DNA of 64,000 nt from Neocallimastix sp. 'constans'. Taxonomy: Eukaryota. A model generated the notes under the pieces. That model was not told the origin of the DNA and made no database searches. It was given only the letters and a program-made list of their open reading frames with translations. The stretch covers positions 1,364,001 through 1,428,000 of the forward strand of contig JBODTK010000014.1 of the NCBI GenBank assembly GCA_050613775.1, written 5' to 3'. Positions 42,745 to 55,468 of this stretch are shown here, one piece after another. The position numbers and the translations under genes were made by a program. Within the stretch, counting starts at the first letter, position 1. Every line of letters begins with the position of its first letter.

Positions 42745-43445
42745 TAAAATAAAATAAAATAAAATAAATAGTAGAATATGAATATAAAGTACAGATTGAA
42801 TAAAATAAAATAAAATAAAATAAAATAAAATAAAATAAAATAAAATAAAATAAAATAAAATAAAATAAAATAAATAGTAGAATATGAATATAAAGTACAG
42901 ATTGAATAAAATAAAATAAAATAAAATAAAATAAAATAAAATAAAATAAATAGTAGAATATGAATATAAAGTACAGATTGAATAAAATAAAATAAAATAA
43001 AATAAAATAAAATAAAATAAAATAAAATAAAATAAAATAAAATAAAATAAAATAAAATAAAATAAAATAAAATAAAATAAAATAAAATAAAATAAAATAA
43101 AATAAAATAAAATAAAATAAAATAAAATAAAATAAAATAAAATAAAATAAAATAAAATAAAATAAAATAAAATAAATAGTAGAATATGAATATAAAGTAC
43201 AGATTGAATAGAATAAAATAAAATAAAATAAATAGTAGAATATAAATTTGAAGTACAGATTGAATAAAATAAAATAAAATAAAAATAAATAGTAGAATAT
43301 AAATTTGAAGTACAGATTGAATAAAATAAAATAAAATAAAATAAAAATAAAATAAATAGTTGATATATAAATATGAAGTACAGAATGAATAAAATAAAAT
43401 TAATAGTTGAAATATAAATATGAAGTACAGATTGAATAAAATAAA
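42745..43445. repeat. (TAAAA)n array punctuated by ~8 copies of ATAGTAGAATATGAATATAAAGTACAGATTGAA
   Basis: Units at about 42768, 42874, 42950, 43176, 43232, 43289, 43356 and 43402. Confidence 0.9.
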
Positions 43446-43737
43446 ATGAAATAAAATAAAATATATTAAATATTATAAAAGAATAATTTAAAAAAATGTT
43501 AGAAAAATACAAATTTATTTATTTTAAATTTATATAATGTTAGAAAAATACAAATTTATTTATTTTAAATTTACATTTATAATCGTTTAAATAATAATTA
43601 AACAATCTTAATTTAAAAAAATGCTATAAAAATACAAATTTATTTACCTATTGTGTTTATTTAATAATCTTAATAGAAATTATCTTTTAGTTATTTTTAT
43701 TAAGTAATTTATAAAACCGATTTATATGATACTAGTT

Positions 43738-43875
43738 AAAATTTTATTAATATCAATATCAATATTATATAATTAAAAATTTTATTAATATCAATATCAA
43801 TATTATATAATTATAAATTTTATTAATATCAATATCAATATTATATAATTATAAATTTTATTAATATCAATATAC
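43738..43875. repeat. ~38-bp tandem repeat, 3-4 copies
   Basis: AAATTTTATTAATATCAATATCAATATTATATAATT repeated. Confidence 0.85.
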
Positions 43876-44477
43876 TTTTCAAAATTAATTATGTTATTAA
43901 AAATATTAAATTCAATAAAAGATTTTTATTAGTTTATTAAAATTCTAATTGTTATTATTAAATTTTAATAATAATTGATTCATATTGATCAAACATTATA
44001 AATATTACTATGCAAATAATTAATTATTTTAATAGGATCAATTATTCAACTCTTATTGTTTTAATTTTTAATTCTTATATTATTTAAATTAATATATATA
44101 TATTGTTTATGAAAATATGAATTATAAATAATTAAAATTATTTACTTTTCATTTAAATTTTTTTATTTACTATAATAAAATATAATAATTAAAAAACACA
44201 CATCATTATAACTAAAATTTATTTTTTTTAGAAAAATAAATGAAAAAAAATTAAAATATATGATTCCTATATATATAAAATAATTATTATATTTTTTATT
44301 TTATTTTATTTTATTTTATTTTTATTTTACCTATATACTTCATTATTTAATATTTTTATATATGTTAAACTTATATATATTTATATGGTTTATATATTAT
44401 CTTAATTTTTAAAAAAATAATATTTAGTTTAATAATAAATTTAAAATTAATCTATAAAAAATCTATTTTTTATTTAT

Positions 44478-44918
44478 TTAACCACGCCAACACCAACCAT
44501 ATTCAGTAAGACAGTATTTACCAACTATATCATAAACACGATTAACATAACCTCTCCATGAAAATCCACCTCTTGTGTTATTTGGTGTGTAATAACATCC
44601 ATTTTTGGTACTTATATGTCTAGTAATCCATTTACATTTATCTGGATTTTTATATTGTGTATCTCTAAGATATGCACCAACAGGGATTTCTCTATAATTA
44701 GCTACTGAATTACGGAGGAAACAGTCATAAAATCCACAATTACTATTTTTTATAATACCATAACCTTTACATATATATGTATTTTTGCAATCTCTAGAAT
44801 TAAGGAAATATAGATGAGATATATCTGAATATATAGCTGGTCCAACCAATTTTATACTACAAACATAAGTAATGCATGCAGTAGCAATTAATAAAGCAGT
44901 TAATAATTTTTTAAACAT
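44478..44918 (-). CDS. Small secreted Cys-rich basic protein (146 aa), unknown family
   Basis: Clean intronless ORF in a GC-raised island. Signal peptide MFKKLLTALLIATACITYVCS; 8 Cys in the predicted mature part. Confidence 0.85.
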   Translation of the reverse strand: MFKKLLTALLIATACITYVCSIKLVGPAIYSDISHLYFLNSRDCKNTYICKGYGIIKNSNCGFYDCFLRNSVANYREIPVGAYLRDTQYKNPDKCKWITRHISTKNGCYYTPNNTRGGFSWRGYVNRVYDIVGKYCLTEYGWCWRG

Positions 44919-45425
44919 TTTAATTTATAAAATTAATACTTTAATATAATATTATAAAAAATACTAATTATAAACCTATTTATATATTTATTTTTTTTTT
45001 TTAATTATTCAATTATGTAATTACGTATGTAATTCTGTTGATAATATAAACAAGGTATTAATAATAATTAATAATATTTAAAATAAAATAAAAAAATATA
45101 ATAATTATTTTATATAGTAATTATATATATATATATATTTTTTTTTTATTTTCTAAAAAAAATTTTTTTAGTCATAATAAAAGTTTGTCTTAATTATTTT
45201 TATTATTATTTAAAAATTTATTTATTCATTTATAATTTATTCATTCATTTATTTATTTATTACATTATAATACGCCATGTTTTCCGAAATGCACTACAAC
45301 AAAATACAAATTTATGTAATAAAAATTTTCGAAATGCACACTCCCCTTGCGAAATTCACGATCATTGACAATCGCATGATCTATATCAGATTCCCTATTT
45401 ACTCTACTCCATGAAATTATTTATT

Positions 45426-45742
45426 GGGTGTGGGGCATTTCGCCAAATTGCATTTCGCCAGATTGCATTTCGCCAATTTTTTTGAAAGCATGTGGCGTAT
45501 TAAAAAATGTGGCATTTCGCCAAGTTGCATTTCGCCAAATTGAAAATTATTAAATAAATAAATAAATCAATAAATAAAATTAAATATTATTAATATCACA
45601 TAAAAACAATTTTAAAAAAAATATATTTTGAATTAATATTTATTTATTTATTCATTTATTTATATCAACACTCTACTTGTCGAAAAGCAACCTGGCGAAA
45701 AGCAACCTGGCGAAATGCAATTTGGGGAAATGCAACTCTCCC
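45426..45742 (+). mobile_element. Mutator-like MITE (317 bp)
   Basis: Imperfect TIRs GGGTGTGGGGCATTTCGCCAAATTGCATTTCGCCAG and CTGGCGAAATGCAATTTGGGGAAATGCAACTCTCCC. 9-bp TSD TTATTTATT. Absent from the paralogous sites in copies 1 and 2. Confidence 0.9.
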
Positions 45743-46434
45743 TTATTTATTATTTATTATTTATTATTCAATCATTTAATTATTTATTATTTAATTATTT
45801 ATTATTTATTATTTATTATTTATTATTTATTATTTATTATTTATTATTTATTATTCAATTATTTATTATTTATTATTTATTATTCAATTATTTATTATTT
45901 ATTATATATTATTATTTATTATTTATTATTATTTATTATTTATTTATTTATTAATAAATACTCTTTCTATTATTCAATTATTTGTTATTATTCAAATATT
46001 TATTATTTATTTATTTATTATTTATTTATTTATTATTTATTATTTATTATTTATTATTTATTATTTATTATTTATTATTTATTATTTATTATTTATTATT
46101 TATTATTTATTATTTATTATTTATTATTTATTATTTATTATTTATTGTTTATTATTTATTATTTATTATTTATTATTTATTGTTTATTATTCATTATTTA
46201 TTATTTATTATTCATTATTTATTATTTATTATTTATTATTTATTATTTATTATTTATTATTTATTATTCATTATTCAAATTATTATTTATTATTTATTAT
46301 TTATTATTTATTATTTATTATTTATTATTTATTATTCAATTATTTTTTATTTATTATTTATTTATTAATGTATATAATAAAAAATAAATTATATAAAACA
46401 TATATACAATAGACATCTACATATGTATTAAAAT

Positions 46435-46475
<41 letters not shown>

Positions 46476-46738
46476 TTCATCTTTTCTTTATTATGATTAA
46501 TTTTTATTTATTTATTTATTTTTTTTATTTCTTTATATATATATATATATATTTCCTTTTTTCCTTTTTTCCTTCCCTCCTTTTTTTCTTAATATATTTC
46601 TTTTATAGTCATTTAATAGGTATTTTAAAAAATAAATTTTTTTTTTGAGTAAAGTTATAAAAAAATAATTAGAATTATATATATATATATATTTTTTTTT
46701 TAAATTTTGAACATTTAAAATTTCAATTGAAATTATTA

Positions 46739-47268
46739 TTAATCATATCCATTATAAATCCATATTAAAGCCATAATATATAGAGGGATGAAATAAAGTA
46801 AGAAAATAAATAAAAGTAATAGGAAAAAATTTGATAAAACATCAATTAAGATCTTTTTTACTTTTAAATCCTTCATTCTTTTATTCTTAACTTCATTTTT
46901 TAAATAAGAAAGGGGGAAAATGCCGGTTTGTTCAGTAATGACGTTTTTACCATAAGCTCTACCGTCGGAATATACTTCAATAATATGAATACGATCTTTA
47001 ACACGAAGAGTAAGTTCTTCTCTTTCTTCTTCCTTTTTTTTTTTTTTATTATTATTTCTTCACTTGGCTCATAGTTGGTACAAACCGTATAACATTTTCC
47101 AGCTGTAAAACATTTTTTAGATAGGATGGAGGCTTCTTCAAGCTTTATGTTTTCAATTGATTTTTTTTTAATTTTAATGATGAAATGTACAACTATAAAC
47201 ACTATTAAGCATATTACAATCCCAACAATAGTGAGATACAACATTTCATAAGCTATCCTTTGATTCAT
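46739..47268 (-). CDS. TM-SH3-TM protein, copy 3 (A14 instead of A15 run gives a frameshift)
   Basis: Starts MNQRIAYEMLYL and is nearly identical to copy 2. It spans 530 bp, one short of an intact 176-aa frame; the run is at 47034-47047. Confidence 0.8.
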
Positions 47269-48847
47269 GTTATCCCAAAAAAAAAAAAAAAAAATTAATG
47301 AAAATATAAGATAAAAGGAAAAGAAATCTAAATGATATATATGTATTTTTTTTTTTTTTTTTATTATAGCAATAAGCAATACTAAATAATTTTGATTACT
47401 GCCAATAAATTTAATAAAATTTTGTTTATTAAGTTATATTTTAAAAACTATTTTCATTTTATTACTATTTTTTTTTTTTCCTTTTTATATTCCATTGAAA
47501 TTATATTTTATTATTATAAATAAAGCATAATATAAAACAAATGTACGAAGTAACATATTGAATATTTGTATATTCAGATATTAAATTTATATCCTATTAT
47601 AATAATTTATATTATTATATATTTTATATTATTATTTATATTTTATATTATTTATATTTTGTATATATTATATTTCTGATATATATTTTATAAATATTAA
47701 ATTATATTATTTTAAAATATTAAAGTTTATGTAATTAATATAATAGTTTATATTATATTAATTATATTTATTTATAATAATTATATATTATTAATACTTT
47801 ACAGTATAATTAATTCTTATTCTTGTTTTTATTTTTCTTTATTATAATTATAAAAAAATAAAATATTAATAAAAATTATTAATAACTCAAATACACTTAT
47901 TAAACCAGCTACAACATAAAGAATATCACATTAAGTACCTATTCATATTCATATTTTATATATTTATATATATAAATTTATATGTTATATTTGGCATATA
48001 AATATTAAAAATTCAGTTTTTTAATATTTTAATCTTTATAATTAATAATTAATAATTAAATTAGATTTAATAATTTATTAATTATGATTATTTTTTTAAT
48101 ATACATGAAATCCTATTTATTATATTATTATTATGTATTTATCGTGTTTGAATTCTAATGGCTTTTAAATACAATTATTTACATTGTTATTACGTTAAAA
48201 TAAAAAAAAACAAAATAAAATACAATAAAATTTTTTTTTGTTTTTCATGTTCAAATTCTAATGGCTTTTAAATACAATTATTTACATTGTTATTTACATA
48301 TATGTTATTACGTTAAAATAAAATAAAATAAATAATGAAGTTAGTAAATGAAGCATTAATAAAAAATAAAATAAAATAAAATAAAATAAAACTAAAATAA
48401 ATTCTTATAAAAACTTATTTTTAAGTAAAATGTATTTTAGTTTTTTGAAACAATTAAAACAAATTTGAAATAGAAAAGAAAGACTTTTTTATAAATTTAA
48501 AAAAAAAAATAGAAAATTAAGAACATCATTAACAGCAACTGCAGAAAAAAAATAAAAATAAAGAAAATAGTAGTTTATTGGATATAACTTTATAGCATAT
48601 ATAATAAAATAATAAATAAATGTATAATAAATAATAAATATAAATAATAAATAATATATAATAAATAATAAATAATAAATAATAAATAATAAATAATAAA
48701 TAATAAATAATAAATATTATTAATTTATGATTTACTATGAGTGTTTTTTTTAAAGTTGACCCATGATTTAAATTTTAGGAGTAAAAAAAAAAAAAAAAAA
48801 AAAAAAGAAGAAGGTTAGAACCTTGAAGTTTTTTTTTTTTTTTTTTT

Positions 48848-49033
48848 TCACCGTATAAGTTCAACGTTGGTTGGATTCTTTTTTGGTTTTGAAAGTTTTT
48901 TTTTTTTTTTCTCTAATGTTGTTACTATAGTCATTCAAAATTTTTTCTTTCTTTCCTTCCTTTTTTTTTTTTTTTCTTCTCCCTTCTCCAATGCTGTTAC
49001 CATAATCATTCGAATTTCTTTCTTTCTTTCCTT

Positions 49034-49065
<32 letters not shown>

Positions 49066-49110
49066 CAATGCTATTACCATAATCATTCGAATTTCTTTCT
49101 TTCTTTCCTT

Positions 49111-49146
<36 letters not shown>

Positions 49147-49880
49147 CCAATGTTGTTACCATAATCATTCGAATTTCTTTCTTTCTTTCTTCCTTCTTTT
49201 TTTTTTTTCTTGTTAATTTCTTGATTATTGAATAGTATTTCGCTTACGATCTCTATTAAATATTGAGTCTCTATTAGGTAATTCATTGCTATTATCCTCA
49301 ATAGGAATTTTTAAAGTAATTAGAGACTTTAATAAATAAAATTACTTTTTCATATATAAAATTTCATTTTCAAATTTTAAACTATAAAAAAAAAAAAAAT
49401 AAAAATAAAAATAAAAATTAAAATTCAAGTCTACTTTTAGTTTCCTCATTTCTCTAATTTCGTTTCTTTATATAATTAAAATATATAACATATAATATTT
49501 TTTGATCATAAGAATTTTTTTTTTAAATTCCTCCCTTGAAGCTATACAATGTAAACAATGTCAACGATAATTTCTTATACTATATAATTATTCCCCCTTC
49601 ACTTCACATGTAATAGTAATAATAATTTAAGCAATCTATTTTTTTTTATTTTTTTTTTTTTTTTCCAGTATTTCAATTTCTAATTTTTGATCTTTTTTAA
49701 AAAATTATAAGATCCTCCCCCTCTTCCCCCCCTTATTATTAATATTATAATTTTATGAAGATAAAATCTTTAATATTACTAAATTTATTATGATTAAATA
49801 ATCTATCATAAATTTTGTTTAAATTACGATCTGAACAGGTATTATAACCTCTCCTCAAAATAGTAATAACATTATTATTT

Positions 49881-49915
<35 letters not shown>

Positions 49916-50194
49916 ATTTATATTATATTTATCTAATCTATTTCAATTGTTACTGGAATTATATTACTATTTTTAAATTTATCACCATCAAAAAAAACTT
50001 TTAACCGCATTTCCATTTTAATATATAATATATTAATACTATAAGTTCTATTTCTAAATTCAAATATTTTCTATTTTTTTTTATTATATTCATTATTATT
50101 CTATTATTAAACCTAATACCTTGCTTTAATTTCATAAATACAAAAAAAAAAAAAAGAAAGAAATAACAAATTTTAACATATTTTAATAATGAAT

Positions 50195-50225
<31 letters not shown>

Positions 50226-50680
50226 TTTAAATTGGGATCAAAATCTTTTAATTTTTAATTGTTATTATCATCAAGAATTAAAGTATTATAGTTATTTATT
50301 TTCATCAGGGATCAAAGTGTTGTAATCATTAATCTCATTAGGAATTAAAACATTATAATCATTATCTTCTCCAGGAAAAAAAAAAACATCATAATCGTTT
50401 TATCTTTATCAAGAATCAAAGCATTATAATCGATTTATCTTTACCAGGATTTAAAGTATTATAATCATTATTATATTTATCATAAATTGAAGCATTATTT
50501 ACCACTATTTTGTTGATTTATTCTGGAAAGTGGTAATAGTAAAGCCAAGAAATAACTAAAACAATACCAATAATAAAAAGTAGAATTAAAGGTAAACCAA
50601 TAAGCTAGACGAACCAAGGTAGATAAATCAAGAAATAATTTAAGCCAATAAATAAGTTAACCAAAAAAAGAAAGAATTAA
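48848..50680 (-). pseudogene. Probable degenerate membrane-protein gene with internal peptide repeats
   Basis: TM-like LIGLPLILLFIIGIVLVISWLYYYHF (~50525-50605), a ~33-bp repeat encoding NDYNxLIPxxx (~50260-50470), NSNDYGNSI-polyK repeats (48910-49200), and an end ...KPKKNPTNVELIR*. Many disruptions; that it is a single gene is not proven. Confidence 0.4.
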
Positions 50681-52507
50681 TAAAAATATTTTAATTTTTA
50701 TTATTTTTTTTTTTTTTAAAATATATATATATTTTAAAAATTTCTGGAAAATTGACAAAATATATATATGTAAAGAAATATTTCATTCTTTTTATATGTT
50801 TATAGTTTCAATTATTTAATTGTTTTTAAAAATATTATAATATATTATACAATAATTTATTTAAAATTCATTAAATACTTTTTACAAAGTAAAAAAAAAA
50901 AAAATTAATAAAATAAATAAATTAAAATAAAAATAAATATTATAAATATTATATTATATATATTATATTAATATAAATAAATATTTATATATTTCTCTAT
51001 TTAAGTATTAATTATTTCTTTAATGAATTAATGTTAATAACAATATAATTAATGCTAAAACAATAATAAAGATTAATTCTTTTTATATTCATTTATTTTT
51101 TTATTTTTTTTATCAATAAAATAAAATAAAATAAAATAAATTTTTTTATTCCCTTTCCAAATAAAAATATTTTTAATAGTATATAATTTTACTAATATAA
51201 AACTATTTTATATAACAACAATTACAATAATGAATTATTAAATAATAAATAGTAAATATAAATAATAATTAAATAATAAATAGTAAATAATAAAAAGAGT
51301 ATTTGTTAATAAATAATTGAATAATAAATAATAAATAATAAAATAAATAATAAATAATAAATAAATTAATAAATAAATAATAATTGAATAATAAATAATA
51401 AATAACAATTAATAAATAACAAATAATAAATAATAAATAACAATTAATAAATAACAAATAATAAATAATAAATAATTTTCTTGCATTTTTTTTTTTTTAA
51501 ATATAAAGTATTATTATTAAATTATTCCTAGGCTAAAATAGTTTATGTCTTATATAAAATTATTCCTAATCTAAAAAAAAGTTTAAATGGACGACTTCAT
51601 TAAACTTTAATTAATTTATCTTAAATATATAAATACTAATTTTTTAATATATAAATTTTTAGTATATATTAATAAAAAATATTAATAATAATTAATGATT
51701 TTTATTATTTTATTATGGTTTCATTTAATTATCGTTATTATTATAAATTGTCTTTTATTTTTCTAATTTAAAGTTTTTATTTTTTTATTTTATTTTTTAT
51801 TTTTTATTTTTTTACTTCATTAATTTTAAAAAATTTTATTTTTTTATAAGCATTAATGATTATAAATAAAAATTTTTAATATAGATTATATTTTAATTAT
51901 ATATTAATAAAATAATTAATGATTTTTATTGTTATTATTTTAATTTAGTATTATTATTAAATTTTTTATTAATAAATTTATTAATAAAAAATTTAATAAT
52001 AAATTTAAACCATAATTTAACAATAATATTTCTTAAATAATTAATATTGAATGAGATATTAATAAAAATATAATAATAATTATAATTAAATAATTTTGAA
52101 CAAGATTTTTTTAAAATATAATTGAAATTATATAAAAAAAATAATAATTAATAATATTCTAATTAAAAAAGTATCTTAATACTTATAAAATTCATATTTT
52201 TATATTTACATATATTAAAAAATATAATGATTTTTTTCATTTGTTTATCATTATTGTTACTATTTTTAAATTTTTATTTATAAATTAGTATTTATTGATT
52301 TCATTAGTTCAAATGTCCTTTTATAATCATTGTAAGATATGGTCTGATCTTTTTTCTTTTTTTTTATTTTATATAATTTTTACTACATATATTTAAAATT
52401 TATATACTAATATAATTTTTTTTTTTTTTAATTGCAGTTTCAAGTTCTGAATAATTAAAATTTAAAGTTTTATTAAAAATTAATTAAATTTAATTATTTA
52501 GAATTTC

Positions 52508-52552
<45 letters not shown>

Positions 52553-53034
52553 GGATATATTTAAAATATTATATAAAAATTAAAAAATATTTAATTTGAC
52601 ACTAGAATTGAAGATTTTTATTAATAAAATAGTATTTAAAATATTCTTAAATTCTATTCCTATTATTCTATATCTAAATTAACTATTTAATTATGCAAAA
52701 CTTTATCTAAACAATATTAGTCTGAATGAACTAAAATAACTTAAAAATAAACTATCCTAAATAAATTAACTAATGAAACAATGACCATAAAACACTATAG
52801 TATAAAAATGAAGCATTAAACACTTTAAAGCAACCACAATTAATAAATTATTCCAAGCATTAATTAATTTATTCTTCACAATTTTAAATTTATTTATTTA
52901 AAATTTAGAAAATACTAAAAGAATAGTAAATTAATAAGGTTGTAAGAAAAAGAGGAAGAACTAAAGTATTGTCTACTTTATACTTTTTATACTTTTTAAA
53001 ATTGTTTTTTAATTGGAATTAAATATAATAATAA

Positions 53035-53230
53035 AATTATAATAATCAAAATTTAATAATCAAAATTTAATAATCAAAATTTAATAATCAAAATTTAATC
53101 ATCAAATTATAATAATCAAAATTTAATAATCAAAATTTAATAATCAAATTATAATAATCAAAATTTAATAATCAAAATTTAATAATCAAAATTTAATAGT
53201 CAAAATTTAATAATCAAAATTTAATAATTT
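53035..53230. repeat. 13-bp tandem repeat (TAATCAAAATTTA)
   Basis: About 14 copies read directly. Confidence 0.9.
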
Positions 53231-53629
53231 AATAAAAATATAATAAACTTATTAAAATATTAATTAATAAAAATTTAGTTTTAGTTATTTTAGTTATAAA
53301 ATTAAATATAAATAAATAATTAACATTAATTTGACTAATGTATTAATTTTTTTATTTATTTAATATTGTAATAATACTTTGATGTTTTAAACTATTTTAA
53401 TAGCTTTAATATTCATATTTAAATTAATTACTATTATCAATAATTGTTTATCTTTATTATGTTAATATTTATTATTTAAATTAATTACTATCAATTATAG
53501 TTTATCTTCATTAAGTTAGTATTTATCATTTAAATTAATTACTATCAATAATAGTTTATCTTTAATAAATTATTTCTAATACTGTAAAATTTCATTATTT
53601 ATTACTTTCATAACAAATTATTTCATGAC

Positions 53630-54590
53630 TTAGTTTTTATCCTGGTTGTTTGTTCGTGGATTAGTATATATAAAGCTCCTGGTCCGATCCTGCCCTTTGA
53701 CCATTTTCCAGGTTTTCCTCACAAGAGGTTTTTCATGGAATATAGTGGTTATGACTATAAATAAGTATTTCCTCCTCATATAAATATTATTCTCAATCTC
53801 CTAGGTAGTATAGAGAAAATACTATCCTAACTGTGGGTTTGACAGGGTTACGAAAGTACTGTCATTTAATATATTTACAAGGAAATTTCTAGCATATAGG
53901 TACATTTCATGTGTCCATATAGATATATTCTACTAAAAAGCAATGCATTTACTAAGGAAGCTAGTACAGGGAGAGTTGCATTTCCCCAAATTGCATTTCG
54001 CCAAGTGGCGTAGTATTAAAATGTTGCATTTCCCCAAGTTGCTTTTCGTGAGGTTGCATTTCGACAAGTAGAGTATTGATATAAATAAATGAATAAATAA
54101 ATAAATATTAATTCAAAATATATTTTTTTTTAAAATTGTTTTTATGCGATATTAATAATATTTAATTTTATTTATTGATTGATTTATTTATTTAATAATT
54201 TTCAATTTGGCGAAATGCCACATTTTTTTAATACGCCACATGCTTTCAAAAAAATTGGCGAAATTCAATCTGGCGAAATGCAATTTGGCGAAATGCCCCA
54301 CACCCGCTAGTACATATCACATTGGATTAGGTTAGGTTAGGTTGGTCTTCAAAGGGAAATTAGGAACTGGAGAAGCACTCGGAGAAAAAGCATACTAGAA
54401 AATTCTCAACAATAATATGATATGCAGGTCAGAACGCCAATGCTGAACACTTATTAAGGTCGTCCAGCAGGGACATTATCTTCCTATGGGAAAGTCTACG
54501 GAAGTGATATAATGTAACTACCTTAATATTCCCATGCCTTGAGGAGGGAGGCTGAAAATAAGGGCTTTACACACCAAAAAAAAAAAAAAA
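53630..54590 (+). mobile_element. Probable 5'-truncated LINE 3' end with poly(A) tail, interrupted by a MITE
   Basis: GC-rich island ending in an A-run at 54576-54590. Degenerate fragments LTRGFSW and YPNCGF...HLI resemble the ORF2 C-terminal zinc-knuckle region. Classification is tentative. Confidence 0.5.
53969..54305 (-). mobile_element. Mutator-like MITE (337 bp), inverted relative of 45426-45742
   Basis: Same TIRs and internal sequence in reverse orientation. Perfect 9-bp TSD GCTAGTACA at 53960-53968 and 54306-54314. Confidence 0.95.
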
Positions 54591-54859
54591 GAAATAATGT
54601 AATATAAAATGATTTTAGTATTGTTCTATATTTTAATGATTAATATTTAAATATATATTCCAATACATTTATTTATTTATAATTATGGTTTTAAATTTAT
54701 TAATATTTTTAATAATTAATTAATAAAACATTGTAAATGTAGATACATTCTTCATCTTACTTCAAAATAAATAAATAAATAAAATAATTATATTTAAATA
54801 AGTATTTATAATAATTAAGACATTAAATAAAATATTTTAATACTGTTTTATGTGTTTAG

Positions 54860-54891
<32 letters not shown>

Positions 54892-55428
54892 CCCGAATAA
54901 TTTATATTTATTAAAAGTATATAATAATTAATTAATTAAAAAAGATAATTGACGACATAAAAATATTTACATAGTAATTTCATATGTAATTATTGAAAGA
55001 AATGCTTTTAAAATTATTATAAACAAAATAATTATCATTTATATACAGAAAATAATAATAAAATATCATTGTAAGGAAATCGTTTAAATATTTGAAAACC
55101 TAGATTATATATTAAATAAATAAATATAATATAATATAATAAATTCGATTTACAATTAAAAGTAGTTTTTTTTTTTTTTTTTTATATTATTATTAATATA
55201 TTTTTATTTATATAATATTAAATAAAAGTATCATATGTTAAAAAGTATTAAGATGTTATTATTAATATATTTTTATTTAGATAATATTAAATGTAACGTC
55301 ATATAAAAAAATATTAAGATATTATTATTAATATATGTCACTTTTTTATTGTTAAATGATGATTTGTTTTTAAGATATATAAACTTTTTTTTTTTTTTAA
55401 AATACTTTTTGATAGATTTAAAGAAATA

Positions 55429-55468
<40 letters not shown>

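Larger units (their letters stand above)
45360..48828. repeat. Segmental duplication unit, copy 3
   Basis: Starts with a 60-bp LINE stub and ends at AAGGTTAGAACC (48811), matching 33527. Confidence 0.9.

Noticed and set aside
42733..43512. 259-aa ORF, or a CRISPR-like repeat-spacer array
   Set aside because: Spacers are pure (TAAAA)n rather than unique sequence, there are no cas genes, and the context is eukaryotic. The ORF is translated microsatellite.
45677..46387. 236-aa ORF beginning MSKSNLAKSNLAKCNL
   Set aside because: The start lies inside the MITE TIR subrepeats and the rest is TTA heptamer satellite.
54325..54344. TTAGG x3, telomere-like
   Set aside because: Only about three units, internal to an element; not a telomere.
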